Positions 12,355-26,246 of a stretch of DNA of 64,000 nt are shown piece by piece. This stretch comes from Azolla caroliniana (taxonomy: Eukaryota > Plantae > Polypodiophyta). How positions within the stretch are numbered: the stretch's first letter is position 1; every line of letters begins with the position of its first letter. The position numbers and the translations under genes are program-made. The stretch spans positions 4,030,001 through 4,094,000 of the forward strand of contig JBHGNT010000012.1 in the NCBI GenBank assembly GCA_043228905.1, written 5' to 3'. Under the pieces are notes generated by a model that worked only from the letters and a program-made list of their open reading frames with translations, was not told the DNA's origin and made no database searches.

Positions 12355-13000
12355 ATTCCGAAGGAATCTATCGATGACATTCTTTGAGGACAGAATTTGC
12401 GGGTGACGGCATCTCAGGGAAGGAATTTGTGGGTGTTTGGAATCTCGAGGGAAGGAATGTGTGGGTGACGGGAATCTTTGAAGGAATCAGAATCTGTAGG
12501 TGACTGGAATCTTCGGGGAAGGAATGTGTGGGCGACAAGAATCTTTGAAGGAATCTGAATCTAGGGGGGCCAACGTCATCTCCGAAGGAATCAAAATCTA
12601 CGGGTGATTGGAATCTCGAGGGAAGGAATGTGTGGGCGACGGGAATCTCTAAAGGAATTGAAATCTACGGGTGACTGGAATCTCGGGGGAAGGAATGTGT
12701 GGGCGACGGGAATCTCTAAAGGAATTGAAATGTACGGGTGACTAGAATCTCGGGGAAAGGAATGTGTGGGTGACTGGAATCTTGGGGGAAGGAATGTGTG
12801 GGCGACGGGAATCTTCGAAGGAATCAAAATCTTGCGGGTGACGGAATCTTCTTCGAAGGAAGGAATGTGTGGGCGACTGGAATCTCCAAAGGAATCGGAA
12901 TCTGCAAAGGGGGATGACAAAGGGGGGTGGTGACGGAATCTTTCGGGGAAAGGAACGTGTGGGTGACGGGAATCTCCGAGGGAATCGGAATCTGCCGACG
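12355..13000. repeat. Minisatellite, ~67-bp unit built from GGAAT sub-repeats, just upstream of the ZIFL gene
   Basis: GGAAGGAATGTGTGGGCGACGGGAATCTCTAAAGGAATTGAAAT recurs at 12621 and 12688; roughly 9-10 variable copies. Confidence 0.9.
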
Positions 13001-13215
13001 GCATCTGGTGATGGTGATTGGTGATAAATAATCATTCGGAGTGGAGCAGAATCTAGGGAGTAAAAAACTGGTCAAGTTTGTTGGGATTTGGGTGTCTGTT
13101 TTTTTTTTCTCTCTGTCTCTGCTTCTTTTGTAAAGAAAATCAGAAGAAGAAGACAAAAAACTCTCCTTTCATTTCTGATCTCACTGCATACGTCTCCGCC
13201 ATAGCCCACCTCCAT

Positions 13216-13232
13216 CTTCTTCTTCTTCTTCT

Positions 13233-13270
<38 letters not shown>

Positions 13271-13366
13271 GTCTATGTTTTATCTATAGATTTTCGTATA
13301 TCTTTCTTTCTGCTTGTGTATGTCTGTCTGTCTTTGCTTTTCTCCTCATTACCCTCCTTGCAGTTT

Positions 13367-13408
<42 letters not shown>

Positions 13409-13437
13409 GTCTGTCTGACTGACTGACTGTCTGTCTG
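13216..13437. repeat. Microsatellites (CTT)n(CT)n, (CTAA)n and (CTGW)n in the 5' leader of the gene
   Basis: Direct reading. Confidence 0.9.
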
Positions 13438-13440
13438 AAC

Positions 13441-16400
13441 ATGAAAGAAGCAGAGAAACCATCCCTGCAATCTCCTCTTCTCCTCGGAGATGATGGGTTG
13501 AAGCAGATCCCTCAGGATGTAGTTATCAATGGCCAGCTTCAGAAAAGTTACCACGAAGGTTGCCCTGGTTGCGCCATGGCTCGACGGAAGTCTTCTTCTA
13601 AACATGCGCCCAAGAAAGAACTGTTCTTTGTGTCAATCATGGTGCTTTGCAACTGTAAGCTAGTTGATCAAATATTAAATCCGATCCAAACGTTTCTTTC
13701 TTTCTAGTTTTTTGATATTGCCATCATCTGTTTCGTTCTTTCACGAGATGCATCAGCTGTATTTCATGACTCATTGCTGGACAGAGATTGACATGATCTT
13801 TTCTGTTTTTCTTCCTTCTTGATGGCTTAAATATATATATATATATATATATATAACGGAAACTGAATGTGGTCGAGTTTGTTGATGCATTTTGGGTAAC
13901 AAAAAATGGCGGTATGGATTCGAATCTGGGAATCCATAGTTCTCATTCATTTTTATTTGCGAACCCAAACCTAAAGACAGTGAAAATCGATAGTTCTGCG
14001 TACCCAAATCCTAAAGCCAGTGAATTTGATAGTTGGCTTTTGTTTTTACTTGTTTTTAAGCTGAACCCGAAGACAATGAAATCGGAAGGTGGTGATGGCG
14101 TCTAGTTGTCATGATCTGAACCTCAAGACAATTAAATCGATAGTTGGATTAGTTTTCACTTGTGGCTCAAATCTCATGACAATGCACTTCATTTTCATTG
14201 ATCTGCTATTCTTGCTATACTCTTTTCCGTTATATCATCACTTATGCCTGATGATGTTGTCCTTTTGTCCTTTCCTGGTTCATGATTAACGTCCTATACT
14301 CAACTATATGTCTTTTAATGGCTCATGAATCGTTTGATCACTTCTGGAATATGGTGTTACACCATCAAAATTTAGAATTAAGAAATGTCATTTATCAATC
14401 CTATCAGCTTGGTGTAATTGTGGCAGTTCACCATAGAGTTACATGAGAAAAATATATATTATTGACGATGCTCATCCTATTGCATGATATAAAATTGGTT
14501 TGCTTGCCCAGTAGCACGAATGAAGTTTTATCGATTCTCCAGAAAAGCAAATAAGGTGAACCATCATTATAAACAGTGATACATCAATAGGGTATGCAAC
14601 ATGGTAAATCAATGCTGTTTAGTGATAATACACTCGATTAAACATTTGGCAACCTAGATGCAATTTCGAATTTTGAACTTTGAAATTTTGACTCCCCCAA
14701 TTCAATTCGAATATCATAACAATGCGCAACATCAAATGTCTTATTTATTGATTGAGCAATTTTAGTATCCTTTCCCATTCCATTTGAACATGTAAATCTT
14801 GTTTCCATGTCAATAAAAGTAACTTTTCAACGATGGCTGTCAAATTCTCATTTTGCTCAATTGTCATACAATAGTTCATGGTGCACAAAGGGTCTTCAGT
14901 TTATTTTTCTCATAGAAACTTGACCATGCATGATTTTACTGATAGAAAATTGAGGTAATATGTACATACTGAGAACCTTATAGATTTTTTTGGGCTTCCT
15001 ATTGTATTGTAAGTTTAATTTGCTTTTCTGGCTAAGTTCTGATTCATTGTCGTTTACTGTTGACAGCATTGCCAATTTCATCACTCTTCCCGTTTCTATA
15101 CTTCATGGTATTTTGAAACACTTTAGCTATTCAGCTGCAATGACTTTGCCAATTATAATGTGTGCAATGTACTACAGGTTAGAGATTTTGGTATAGCTAA
15201 ATCAGATACCAACATTGGTTCTTATGCAGGTTATATAGGTACTTTCTTTTCCTTTTCATTCCTTCTTTTAAGGCTATTCATGTGAAGCTGATGTTTTAAT
15301 TAAGGTAGGAATTTTCATGTAAGATTTTTGTATTTTTTTTATAAATAGAACTAGTAGAAGCTAATCGACGAACTCAAGTTTTGTGTAGGTCATTGAAAAC
15401 ATATATAACTGTAGCATTTTTATGGTGCAAATAATGCGACTTTGCTAATTAAGATGGATATTGCATACAAGTTTTTTGGAAAGGCTTCTTTTAATAAAAC
15501 TTATATAAACTAATTCTACAAAACTCTAACTTTGTGTCGTTCTTGGAAGACTTAAATAAGCATTATGATTTGATGATTATGTGGTGTGAATACCATGATT
15601 CTGATGTTTGAATTAAGGGCATCAAGTACAATATGACTTTTTTCCAATTTTTTTCACTGTTGCTCTTGTTTCATAATTAAAATCCTTTTTTTCTTTGTGT
15701 AATATATTATGACATAATTATTATTAGCTTATCCTCATGGTAGCTATCATTTGTGCATGAATGCGCATTAATGCAGCACATTCTCAAATTCTTGGGTTTT
15801 GTATGAGAGATTTCTCATACCACATTTCGTGCAGGATCAGCACTTATGCTGGGGCGTTTCTTCACTTCAACACCATGGGGCATGTTTTCTGATAGATATG
15901 GTCGTAAACCTGTCATGCTGATTGGTACTTCATCAATGTAAGTGGTTGAAAACTTTTAACCTATGTATATTTTGGATTTTGATTTGAATGAAATTGTGTG
16001 TGTTTCTAATGCGATGGATGCAATCAGATTTTATTTACTTTGTTTTGATCTTTCCAGAGTTCTCTTTAATACAGTGTTTGGCTTCAGCCCAAATTTTTGG
16101 GTCGCACTGCTATCAAGGTTCTTGCTTGGATTTACAAATGCAACATTAGGAGCAGTTCGTGTACGCCATAATTTCACCTTGTTTTGATGAAATTCTGTTT
16201 AAAGTTGTTATGAGTAAAAGTAAAGCTCACATTTAAAAACTTCAGGCTTATGCATCAGAGATATGTAGTGAAGAGCATCAAGCGCAGGGCTTATCATTGG
16301 TTACTATCCTTTTTACTCTTGATCCTTAACAAAAAAGTAATGTCTTTTGTACTCCACTTTACAAACATCACTGTTCTATAGGTAGGGACAATGTGGGGTC

Positions 16401-19400
16401 TTGGTTTGATTATTGGTCCAGCTATTGGAGGATATCTTGCTCAGGTATATTGATTCTTGTGAGTAATTTATATTTTGACTGGTTGGGCTTATCACGTTGT
16501 TCTCATATCTACTGTTACAGCCTAGCACCAAGTATCCATGGCTCTTTCCAAGTGGATCCCTGTTTGATCAGTGAGTTTTTCGGGGAATGTGTGTGCAAAT
16601 AAAACAAGAACTAAATAAAGCACTGGTCTTGAAATGCTTAGTTCAGCTTATACATAATAATCGTGGTCTGGAAATTTGCAGGTTCCCCTATGCGTTACCA
16701 TGCTTATGTATATCCTTCTTCTCTGTAGTAGGGATAGTGATATGTTTTTGGCTTCCAGTATGTATCTAATCTTCTCTATTCCACTCTTGAAGCATCAGGT
16801 TTATTGCGATTTGTATCACTGATTGTATTACTGTCTTCATTCAACAGGAAAGTGTGCACAATCATGTGATTATTGAGACATTTCAAGGAGATGTTACCCG
16901 TGACCAAACAAACGATAGTGATAATGCCATTAAGGAGGAGGGCCATGTGATTGGTATCACCAGAGATAATGCTCAAGTGAAAAAAGTACCGTTATGGAAA
17001 AACCAGGCAATGGTGGCTGCAATTTTTGTTTACTGCCTCTGGGGATTACATGATATGGCATACTCTGAGGTTACAATCATCCACATGCTGTTCTTGGTTC
17101 CATATTTTAATGAATAACTGTCATAACTTCCATATATCCAATATACATGAATCACTGTTTTAAACACTCCTATTTTTTATTACATTGTGTTAACAAATTC
17201 TAGGATTTTTCTGTATAGATATTTTCTTTATGGACGGTAAGTCCTACTACATATGGAGGACTAGGAATGACAACATCCCAAGTTGGCAATGTTCTTGCTG
17301 TTGGAGGTTTGATGTTGTGATTGTATCTTATATGTAGGCAAGATAGATTATATCAAGAAATAAAGCCATTCATTAACAAACTTTTGAGGGCTTTTCGTTC
17401 AACACCCTGACTTATATATTATTGTCACGTAGGAGCTGCGCTGCTTTTGTTTCAGCTTTTTGTGTTTGCATCATTGGCTAAGAGATTTGGACCTATTTTG
17501 TTGGCTCGCATTCCATCGGTAAGAGTGCAAAAAGCGCATTTTGTGGGTATATAATATATATATATATATCATAATAAATCTGAAACTATGCTAACTTCTC
17601 TAATGTCTTGGACAGGTTTTGTCAGTTCCTTTGACTCTGAGTTATCCTTTGATAGTGGGACTCAGTGGTGTAGGATTATGGTTAGTGCTCATGTCTGCGG
17701 CTGTTATCAAGAATTTGCTATCTGTATGTGCTCTTTAATCTCGTCTCGTATAATCTGTTTTGATGGCGTCTTCTTTGTGAATCCATACTTATATTATTCA
17801 ATAACATAGCCTAACATCTGCAAGAGAAAATTACTCTACATAGCCTAGAGCTGTCTTGTAGTAGGTTCTTCAATAAGAAAAACAATAAATTTGATATTTG
17901 AGATCTTCTGAACCTCTCAGTGAAGCCCTTAGAAAACCCATTTAGATTCTTCTTCTTTCTAGACAAGATCTCGGTCATTGACACTTCATTGCTTATGCTG
18001 AGGGGAGGACTGATTTAAAGGATTTTGGATTGGACATAAATCCCTAGAAATTCACCATGTGAATCATCAACTGAATCTTTGCCAATTATGAGTCCTAGGT
18101 ATAGAAACAGTTTTAAACTTTAGCACTCCAAATACTTTCACGGCTAGAAGATGACCTTCGTCCCATAATGTGTTTTCATTGTTTAATTTCTATTTGAATG
18201 ACGTTGTTTTTTATTGAGGAATTCATCTTTTACTCTATTTTTTTAATTTGTATTGGGATATTCTTCTTTTACAATCACACTTCCAACTAACAAAAATCAA
18301 CAAGAAGTTGTGTAAAGATGTGATATGAGAGCAAGGATGTCGTTATAAGAGCTCACTTTTCATTGAACAATATATAAGCTTTGTTATGATCCTCTCTATT
18401 GGATAAATAACAAAAGCAATTTGGTATCTGATGGCTGCCCATGTTAAACTCTACCATGACATCTATAAGCATATAAATTTTGGTAATCAAGGTTTACCTA
18501 TTAGGCATCACACTTAATATTCAAAACTTAATAAGTAAATAAACTAGGGTAAATATTCAAAACTTACAGAATGTATATAAAATAGGGCAAATCAAGGTTG
18601 CATATAATGTTTTGTTTAATGTTTGTACTATCCTCAGCATAAGGCTACACTGGCAGTTTTGGAATGTCTTTTGTAGAATTCATTTAAATCCGTACTTTGA
18701 AAAGAAGAGGAAAAAGAAGAGAGGTTTTTAGGACTGGTGCATTTATCCTATAACTTGTATTTTGGACCTTTTTTTTCCGGACAGGCTTGCATTGTGACCG
18801 GCTCATTTCTCATGATTAACAACTCCGTGGTAAGCGAATTATGCTGTCTATCTAAGTTTCTAGAGAAATGTTTCAAAAAGAGACCCATGGGACAAGAGAT
18901 TGGTCTTTCTCTTATTTGTTCTTGTTTTTTTTTACCCTTCTGAATGAAGTTGACAAGCCAAAGAGGTGTTGCTAATGGTCTCTCAATGACATTTATGTCA
19001 CTCTTCAAAGCTGTTGGCCCTGCTTCTGCTGGAGCTCTGTGAGTTATTTCGTCATGCCCCGGTTTTTCTTTCTTTCTAGCAAAACACCATTTTGTTTTTG
19101 TTCTCTTTGTGCTAAGAAAATCGGACGAGAATGACTTACAAAGTGTAAGCAACAAATTGCAGATTCTCGTGGGCGGAAAGTCGGATGGATACCTCATTTC
19201 TCCCAGGTGAGACTCGCATTATTTTTGTTCTTCCTAGGCTTTATAAAGAAGACAAGATTTTGAACGGCAACGTGTTCTGTTGTTTTTACCTCGTGCTAGT
19301 TTTGATCTTTTGCGGGTTTTCATATTACTTAGTCTTGGATAGTTTGAAAAAAACTATTCATGAACATGCCCATCAAATTTAATTAGTCCATTAATTTAAG

Positions 19401-19974
19401 TTGTGGCAATTTGAATCAGAGTAAATTTAATTAACCCGCCTTATATAGGTCGCCAACTAATCAACTAAATTGGGCGTGATCGAAGTGAGTAGATAGCTAG
19501 TTTTCCATCAGGAAACATTGATTAAGCCCAACCAAATTTGATGGGTATTTTGATAAATTATTGAGGGGTATCCAGGTAAAATATGCCTAATGTTAGGGGT
19601 ATATTGTTGTTTTTGAATTGCTAAAACAAAGCAAGTTTTTGTTTATTGTAATTGAATGTGCCGCTAATAACAATGTGTGTCACGTGTGTATGTTCTTTTG
19701 TGAGTTTTTACCTCACTTTGAGGTTTCCCACCATTTATATATTGTGTATAACTAAAAAGGAATGAGTGTGTTTTCTTCCTCTCTAGGAATGTGGATGGTG
19801 TTTACCGTTTTAGCGGCACCTGCATTGATTACATTTTTGGTTACTTTCGAGCCCATCTTGTCATCATCCGTCAACAAACCCACACCTGAAGGGACTTCGC
19901 AACAAGCAATCGAGGAGACTCAAGATCATGAGCAAGAGAAGTTGAGACGTGTCTCCTCTTTCACCATGGATTAG
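13441..19974 (+). CDS. ZIFL1: Zinc-induced facilitator-like (ZIF/ZIFL/TOM) major facilitator superfamily transporter, 17 exons, about 544 aa
   Basis: Exons 13441-13654, 15067-15107, 15178-15238, 15835-15937, 16058-16160, 16246-16299, 16382-16444, 16521-16570, 16682-16757, 16848-17069, 17219-17306, 17433-17518, 17616-17723, 18785-18829, 18950-19038, 19163-19206, 19787-19974; all GT-AG, total 1635 nt in frame. ZIFL signatures YHEGCPGC, LPISSLFPFLYFM, WGMFSDRYGRKPV, AYASEIC, GPAIGGYLAQP, QRGVANG. The symbol denotes the family, not proven orthology. Confidence 0.93.
19335..19575. mobile_element. Possible old MITE in ZIFL intron 16
   Basis: Imperfect inverted ends CCCATCAAATTT / AAATTTGATGGG; no clear TSD. 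Confidence 0.35.
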
Positions 19975-21893
19975 GAAAAAAAGGAAAATATAAAGCTGAA
20001 ACATAGGGTTTAGGGCTCGATGTAAATCGATAACATGTTGTAGGTATAAATTCATAGTCAATGTAATTGAGTCATAGAAGCCATTAAATAAAGTGTTTGC
20101 TGTTCTCGACAAATCCTGATAAATAAGCAAACGCATCATTTTTTGAAGCATTAGATTAACTTCAATTATACGAACTTAACATAAGTGCTAGACATAAATC
20201 ATAGAAAAATAATTCATTTCTCATTCTTTTCATATGTTTTTTTTGTCGTTGTTCATTGTAATGAAGTGCAAGGGTACATTGGTATTCCCTCCAAGGTCCC
20301 ATATGCTTATGGTGTTTCTTTTCAAATAAATAGGACATGAGGCCCTTTCAAATGTGTCATTCTTTACACCCTAAATTTTCTAGAAATATTTTATTCCTAC
20401 CCTTGGTTTGTGTCTTTAAAGGTTCGTGTACTATAAAATGTTTCCATCCAACTTCCAAGTCCATTTCCATTTTCTAAAGCTCTTAATTCATGGATTGTTG
20501 TAACTTGTTAGGTAGGGTCTTAGTTCAAAATTATTGACAAATTGGGCCTAGTTCAAAATTATCGACAAATTGTGCCTAGTGGAAAAGGGGAACTCAAATT
20601 CCATTATTTATTTTGATAATCAGTTGTTACTAAACAAATTTGCGTTTATTTTCTTTTTTTCGCTTCTTTTATAGGGAGGAGATAGAAATTCAAGTGTTTA
20701 GAATCATGCACTTTCATATTTATAGCTTAGCTTTCTAAAATGCATCTTAGAGAAAGGGGAATTCATGTAAGATGTTCATGTACATATTGCAAGCGCAACA
20801 TGGAGCAATATGAATATGTTTAGGTCTTATGTGATGAGATATCAAATATTCAGGACCACTTTGAGATTGGGGATATGATAGCTTGCACGAAACAAGCATC
20901 GACATTACAATTGTAATGCTAATGGGACGATTATGCCCTTATTGCTAAGCAAATCCACCATGTTGTTAGACTAACAAGCTTAGGACCTAATTGCTTGGTT
21001 TAGAAGGCAAGCCACTTGTTTAGGGCATGAATGACATTTTTATCTTAGTGTCGGCTTAATTTGTAGGACATATGCAAGGAATCATACATTACAAGTTTTG
21101 CACAAGGGAACCCTTTTTATTTGAGTGTGTCAATATATACTATATTGTATTTTACTATTTTGAGTTTTTTTACACGATGAGATGTATTAAAAGTTATATT
21201 CCTCTTTTTTATTATTTTTTACATGATGCATTATCTTGATCCATTAATAAAAAACAATAATAAAGAGGAATATATCTCTTAATACATCTCATCATGTACA
21301 AAAACTCATTATCATGAGAGGGATTAAGAAAAAAAAAGAAAAGCATGTTATATTGTATGGATGTGTGCATTTTCTTTTTCTGAAAAAGATATCCATTCAG
21401 TAGTGTAAACAATTTACAAAGTTTTCATTCCCATATGATTTGTGGAGGAAACAACCATTTTGGTGGCTAGAAGTGCTAAACAAGTTGTGCCATTCTTCAA
21501 GGTCTTAAGTGGAGTAGTTGTCTACAAAGTAGGAAACTGATGGTGTTGAGCAACTTTATCGTCAAAATCTCCAACAATACAATCCCGTTGACCCTTCAAA
21601 GTATGAACCATGTCCAACCAAATACTTTTACCAATTCAATTGGTGAGGCTCTAACTTTATGAAAAACGAGAGAGCACCGAGCCTTCCAGATGTAATATGC
21701 AGTCGTACTCCTCAATGTCTCCCACAGTGGTTGCACCTCGTTCCTTATCCCTAAAACTTGTATAAACACTAATGGAAGTACATGGACACTTCCAGATTTG
21801 GTGTGAAAACCATGGTCCATAGATTTTACGTCATAATATAAACTAGAAGGAACAAGTGACATCCAAACCACCATGCTCCATGTGAATACCAAT

Positions 21894-22336
21894 CATTGTT
21901 GTTAAAAAATGCGTACTTTATAGATAGAGTACGTTTTAGAATACCCACACGTATTCTAAACGTATTCAACCTTTTGGAACCATCATTTTTTCTAAGCCTA
22001 AATTTGTAAATAATTTAAAAAGAAAATAATTATTTAAATATTGAAACACCATTTATCCATGGGCAATAAAGATAATTGGTATTTACTATATAGTATTCAA
22101 ATTCCAAGTATCTTTGCATTCAACATCAATGGTGTTCAAGTATTTGATGTATTCAACGTATTCAACAACGTATTCAAAACGTATTCAACAACGTACTCAA
22201 CGTATTCAAAATGTACTCAACATATTTTACCTTTAAATACGTATTCTAAGAACTTATAATTTTTTTTTAGAATACTTATAAAATACGTAGCATACGTATT
22301 GTATGCGTACGGTATGTTACATATGTTACAACCATG
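21894..22336. mobile_element. hAT-type MITE with 8-bp TSD ATACCAAT
   Basis: TSD at 21886-21893 and 22337-22344; imperfect TIRs CATTGTTGTTAA / CATGGTTGTAA; internal ACGTATTCAA repeats. Confidence 0.8.
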
Positions 22337-23720
22337 ATACCAATGTGGGAAAGTAGTTAGCAAATATTCTAAGGAAGCGTTGCTATACCAGTTGAGACTC
22401 AATGTATAGTCCCATAGACAATGTTTCTGAGTTTCCACTTGTAAATGACAATGAACACAACTAGAGGATACACCCATCTTACGCAGCCATGTGCTAACAT
22501 GCAAGGCTTGATGCACAAGCAACCAATGTACATGACGTATTTGTTGTAGCTATTTTCTTGCCTGCCCATAGGTTAACCTAGAACTTAGCAAGAAAGTTCA
22601 AAGTAATACCCTGTTGACACCAGTATTGAAGTGCAGTTGGTAACACATCTTGTGTATACAACAACACATGTCTTCCCAAATATACAAAATATTGGGAAAT
22701 ATTAAAGTTGTTACTAATAAAAGGATTTGTCCACTAATAATCAACGGGGTCCCAATCTAATCTGAACAAAGTTGTTTAGCCAACATGCACAACTTCCATT
22801 GTGACCTTATGTCCTCGATCAGTGGATCAATATACCATTTGCGATCAATGTATCCTATTACCCTTATCTTGTGTTTGATAACGTAAGGATAATTAATTAC
22901 CGTTTCCTATGATTGAGACAATTGATTTGTATTATCCACATTAAAGAAGACGAAGGTCGTATCCTCTAAATACCCCTTTACAATCAAGAGTACTTCCAAT
23001 CTTGAAAAAACACCAACCCATTGATGGTAACAGCTATTGGGTGGTATGGTGACTCTACTCATAGCTTCTTGAATTTGATGATACATTAATTTTCCTCCAT
23101 GCATTCTAGCTAGTACTTATTTTTGCTCTTCTCAAGAACGCGATAAAAACACCTGCCAAGTTCTGACTGGGTTAGCAAGACTTCCCATTTTTCCCCATGC
23201 CAACCACTATCTAGAACCCAACACTAAACCATCTAATGTTGTAAACCTCGGGTTCCATACAACCCTTTGTCTGAGATACCCATCATAATGCATAAGGTTG
23301 GGTTTATTGTAGAGTAAACCAGGTAAGACTTGTTTCCTATAGAAAAACTGTTTGAATAAAATTGTCCTCCCATCCATGGGATGAAGTTACTCTGAAATTT
23401 TCCCTAAATATCCAATTTACATCCTTCGACCAGGGTGCACCTAAGAGAGGAAAGCATTCCAAATAATGGTCAAACAACAATACTTTTCATATCTCCTACC
23501 CTGGAGTAAATCCTTTAATAATCAACATAGTTAACAATGCTCTTGACTGGTCTACTTAATCAATAATACCTAGTCCTACTTTAGAACAAGGCAAGGTAAT
23601 AACATCCCATTTAACTTTGGATTGAGAATGACCCTCTGTTTTATTGAACCACAAGAAATTTCGAATCAATATTTGTATTTGAAAGATGCATGACTTGGAA
23701 AAGATCCAACAAGAGAAAAC

Positions 23721-24479
23721 TGTTAGGAAACAGGTCCCTCCGAATGGGAAGTGAGAAGAACAGTACTGATGAGCAAACTCGGCCGAGGCCGAAACCGGAT
23801 GTGGAGTACCCGGCATGAGCCGGATGGTGCAGACCCGGTGAGAGCCGAATGAAGAGTACCTGACTACTGAAGACCCGATGAGAACCGGATGAGGAGTACC
23901 CGGCTATGGAAGACCCGGTGAGAACCGGATGAGGAGTACCCGGCAACGGAAGACCCGGTGAGAACCGGATGACGAGTACCCGGCAAGCGCCGGATGATGC
24001 AGGCCCGGTGAGGAGTGCTCACCGGATGAAGGGACATATTCGTAAATATGTTTCTAAGAGTCCATCGGGGCTATATGTGTAAATAGCCGAAAAGTCATAT
24101 TAGTATAAATATGACTTAGGGCAAACTCTTTTATGGGGGGTTGTTGTCATTCTTGTTGGTGCAAGATTAGAGAGCGTAACTGTGTACAGAGAGAGAGAAA
24201 GAGAGAGAAAGAGGTCATTGCCTCTGTTGTAACCGCTGCCTGTGGCGAAGATAGAAAGCTCGAGGTTGTTGCCTCAGTGCTTTATTGTTGTACATTGTAA
24301 CATAGTGATAGTTTGCAGCCTATGGGCTGCCCTGGTTTTTCCCTAGTTTGGGTTTTCCACGTAAACATCCTGTGTACTCTTCTCTTCACTGTGTCGCGCA
24401 TTCATTCCCATTTTCTGTGTATGATCCTAGACTCGGTTGTGGCCGAGCGTTGTGTTTACGGAGCGCGTAGTTCCTGTAA
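23721..24479. mobile_element. Solo LTR with 5-bp TSD AAAAC and an internal 40-bp tandem array (about 23790-24030)
   Basis: TGTTAGGAA...TTCCTGTAA termini; removal restores the LINE reading WYVFSCWIFS. Confidence 0.8.
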
Positions 24480-26246
24480 AAAACATACCATGTTGTTGGC
24501 AACAATACTAGTTTGGCAACTACAATCCGTCCAACGAATGACAACTTTGTCTAAACTCCATAATAACAACTTTTTCTGTAATGTCAATAGGAGGGGTGCC
24601 ACTTGATTTTCTACTGATAGATCAATACCTATTGTACATCCTAGGTACTAAATTGACGTACCTTGCGGGATCCACCATAAGTGCGGGCGTGGATTCCATA
24701 ATGGAGGGTCTTCATCCCCAACCCAAAATGCCATGGATTTGTTGCACAATTGACAAGTGCACCTGAAGCTTTATAGAATGTGGTTAGGGACATTTTAGTT
24801 TTTTGGAAGTTATCCAAATCACCTTGTAAATATATGGTAGTGTCATCCGCAAATTCAACTTCCCTTAATTCTACATTTGAGAATGGAATGTGTAGTGCAC
24901 GTAACTAATGTCATCGGTATTTAGAAAGGAAATCATTGCCTCAACAATAAACAGAAATAAGAAAGGAGCCAAAGGGTAGGTCTTGTCAAATTGACCGAGT
25001 AATAGGAAAAAGATGGCCATAATTTCTAGCCAATAAGACTCGGCTTTGAGCTGAACTATATGATGAGGAAATACCTATTATCCATTCGTGAGAGAAACCA
25101 AATCGAGCCAATGTACCTTGCAAAATATTCCAATCAACACAGTCATAAGTTTTCTTAAAATCAAGCATAACAATGGCCAACTTTTGTTTGGATTCGGTTG
25201 CCAGTGCAGCAGATTCCCAAAATGTATAAACATTATCCAAGATACTTCTTTCTCGAATGAACCATGTTTGGGCTTGGTGAATAACTATAGGCAATATAGT
25301 ATGAAGGCGTATACTAATTGTGTTAGCCAAGATTTTATACACCGTATTGATTAATGTAATATGACGTCATTTCTTGATGTCCAATGAATGGCCCTTTGAC
25401 TTAGGGATAACGTAAATTAGTCCTTCGGTAAAATGGGGAGGCATAAAACCGTCACGAAGAATTTGTTGGAAGGTTGTGCATAAATCTGTCTTGAACAAGT
25501 CCCAATATTTAATGAGGAACATTGGGGTTAAACCATCCATGCTCGTGCAACTATGTTTAGGCAATGCTTGAATTGCTTCACTCATTTCATCATAAGTAAA
25601 GACTTCATGAAGTGGAACATTCATGTCCGGTGTTATTCTGGGTTCCAACTTATCCCAAACACAGGACCGACATATTAAATCCTCAATGGTAAAGGTCTTG
25701 ACAAGTGATAGTAGGTTGGAATAGTAGTGTGTGGTTATCTCTCTCATCACATGTGGGTCGATGAGATGGTCCCATTCTCATGTTGTAATTGTTTGATTAA
25801 AACAACATTATGATGGGGTCTCATTGCATGAAAAAAATTCGGTTGTGCATTTATCTCCCAATTGGGTCCACTTAGATGCCATGGGATGATAATGAAATTA
25901 TACACACTTTTTTAGTAGCATAGTAAGTTCTTGTTTTGTTGTGCCAAGTTGCTCAACGATCCAACTCCATTGTGGATAATGTTCTTGTAATCACTGTAAG
26001 GAAACTAGAGAAGTACGAGATCGCTTCTCCTGTTGTTGAAGCATACAAAACCTTTCCTTAGATTTACGCCGAAAAAATTCTGAGATTTCTCATAAGCCAT
26101 TACCTACCCTTATGGCCATTGAATCCTGTAAAACATCTTTTTGAGACCATAATTCAGCCACTTGCAATGAAAAACTATTGTCGAACAACAAATATATATG
26201 TATATGTGTGAAAATAACTAAATATGTATGTAGTATACTAACACGT

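Larger units (their letters stand above)
21400..26200 (-). mobile_element. Degenerate L1-type LINE (ORF2 RT to zf-RVT), interrupted by a MITE and a solo LTR
   Basis: YKILAN...QAQTWFI...SILDN...LDFKKTYD RT motifs; KVKWDVITLP...GLGIID; C-terminal CVHC...ETQKHCLWD and IWKARCSLVF. Confidence 0.85.

Noticed and set aside
12591-13156. Repetitive Pro-rich ORFs on the minus strand
   Set aside because: Translations of the minisatellite, open in several frames, no gene structure
23790-24030. Regularly spaced ACCCGG/CCGGATG repeats resembling a CRISPR array
   Set aside because: 40-bp head-to-tail tandem units without unique spacers, inside a solo LTR in eukaryotic DNA; no cas genes
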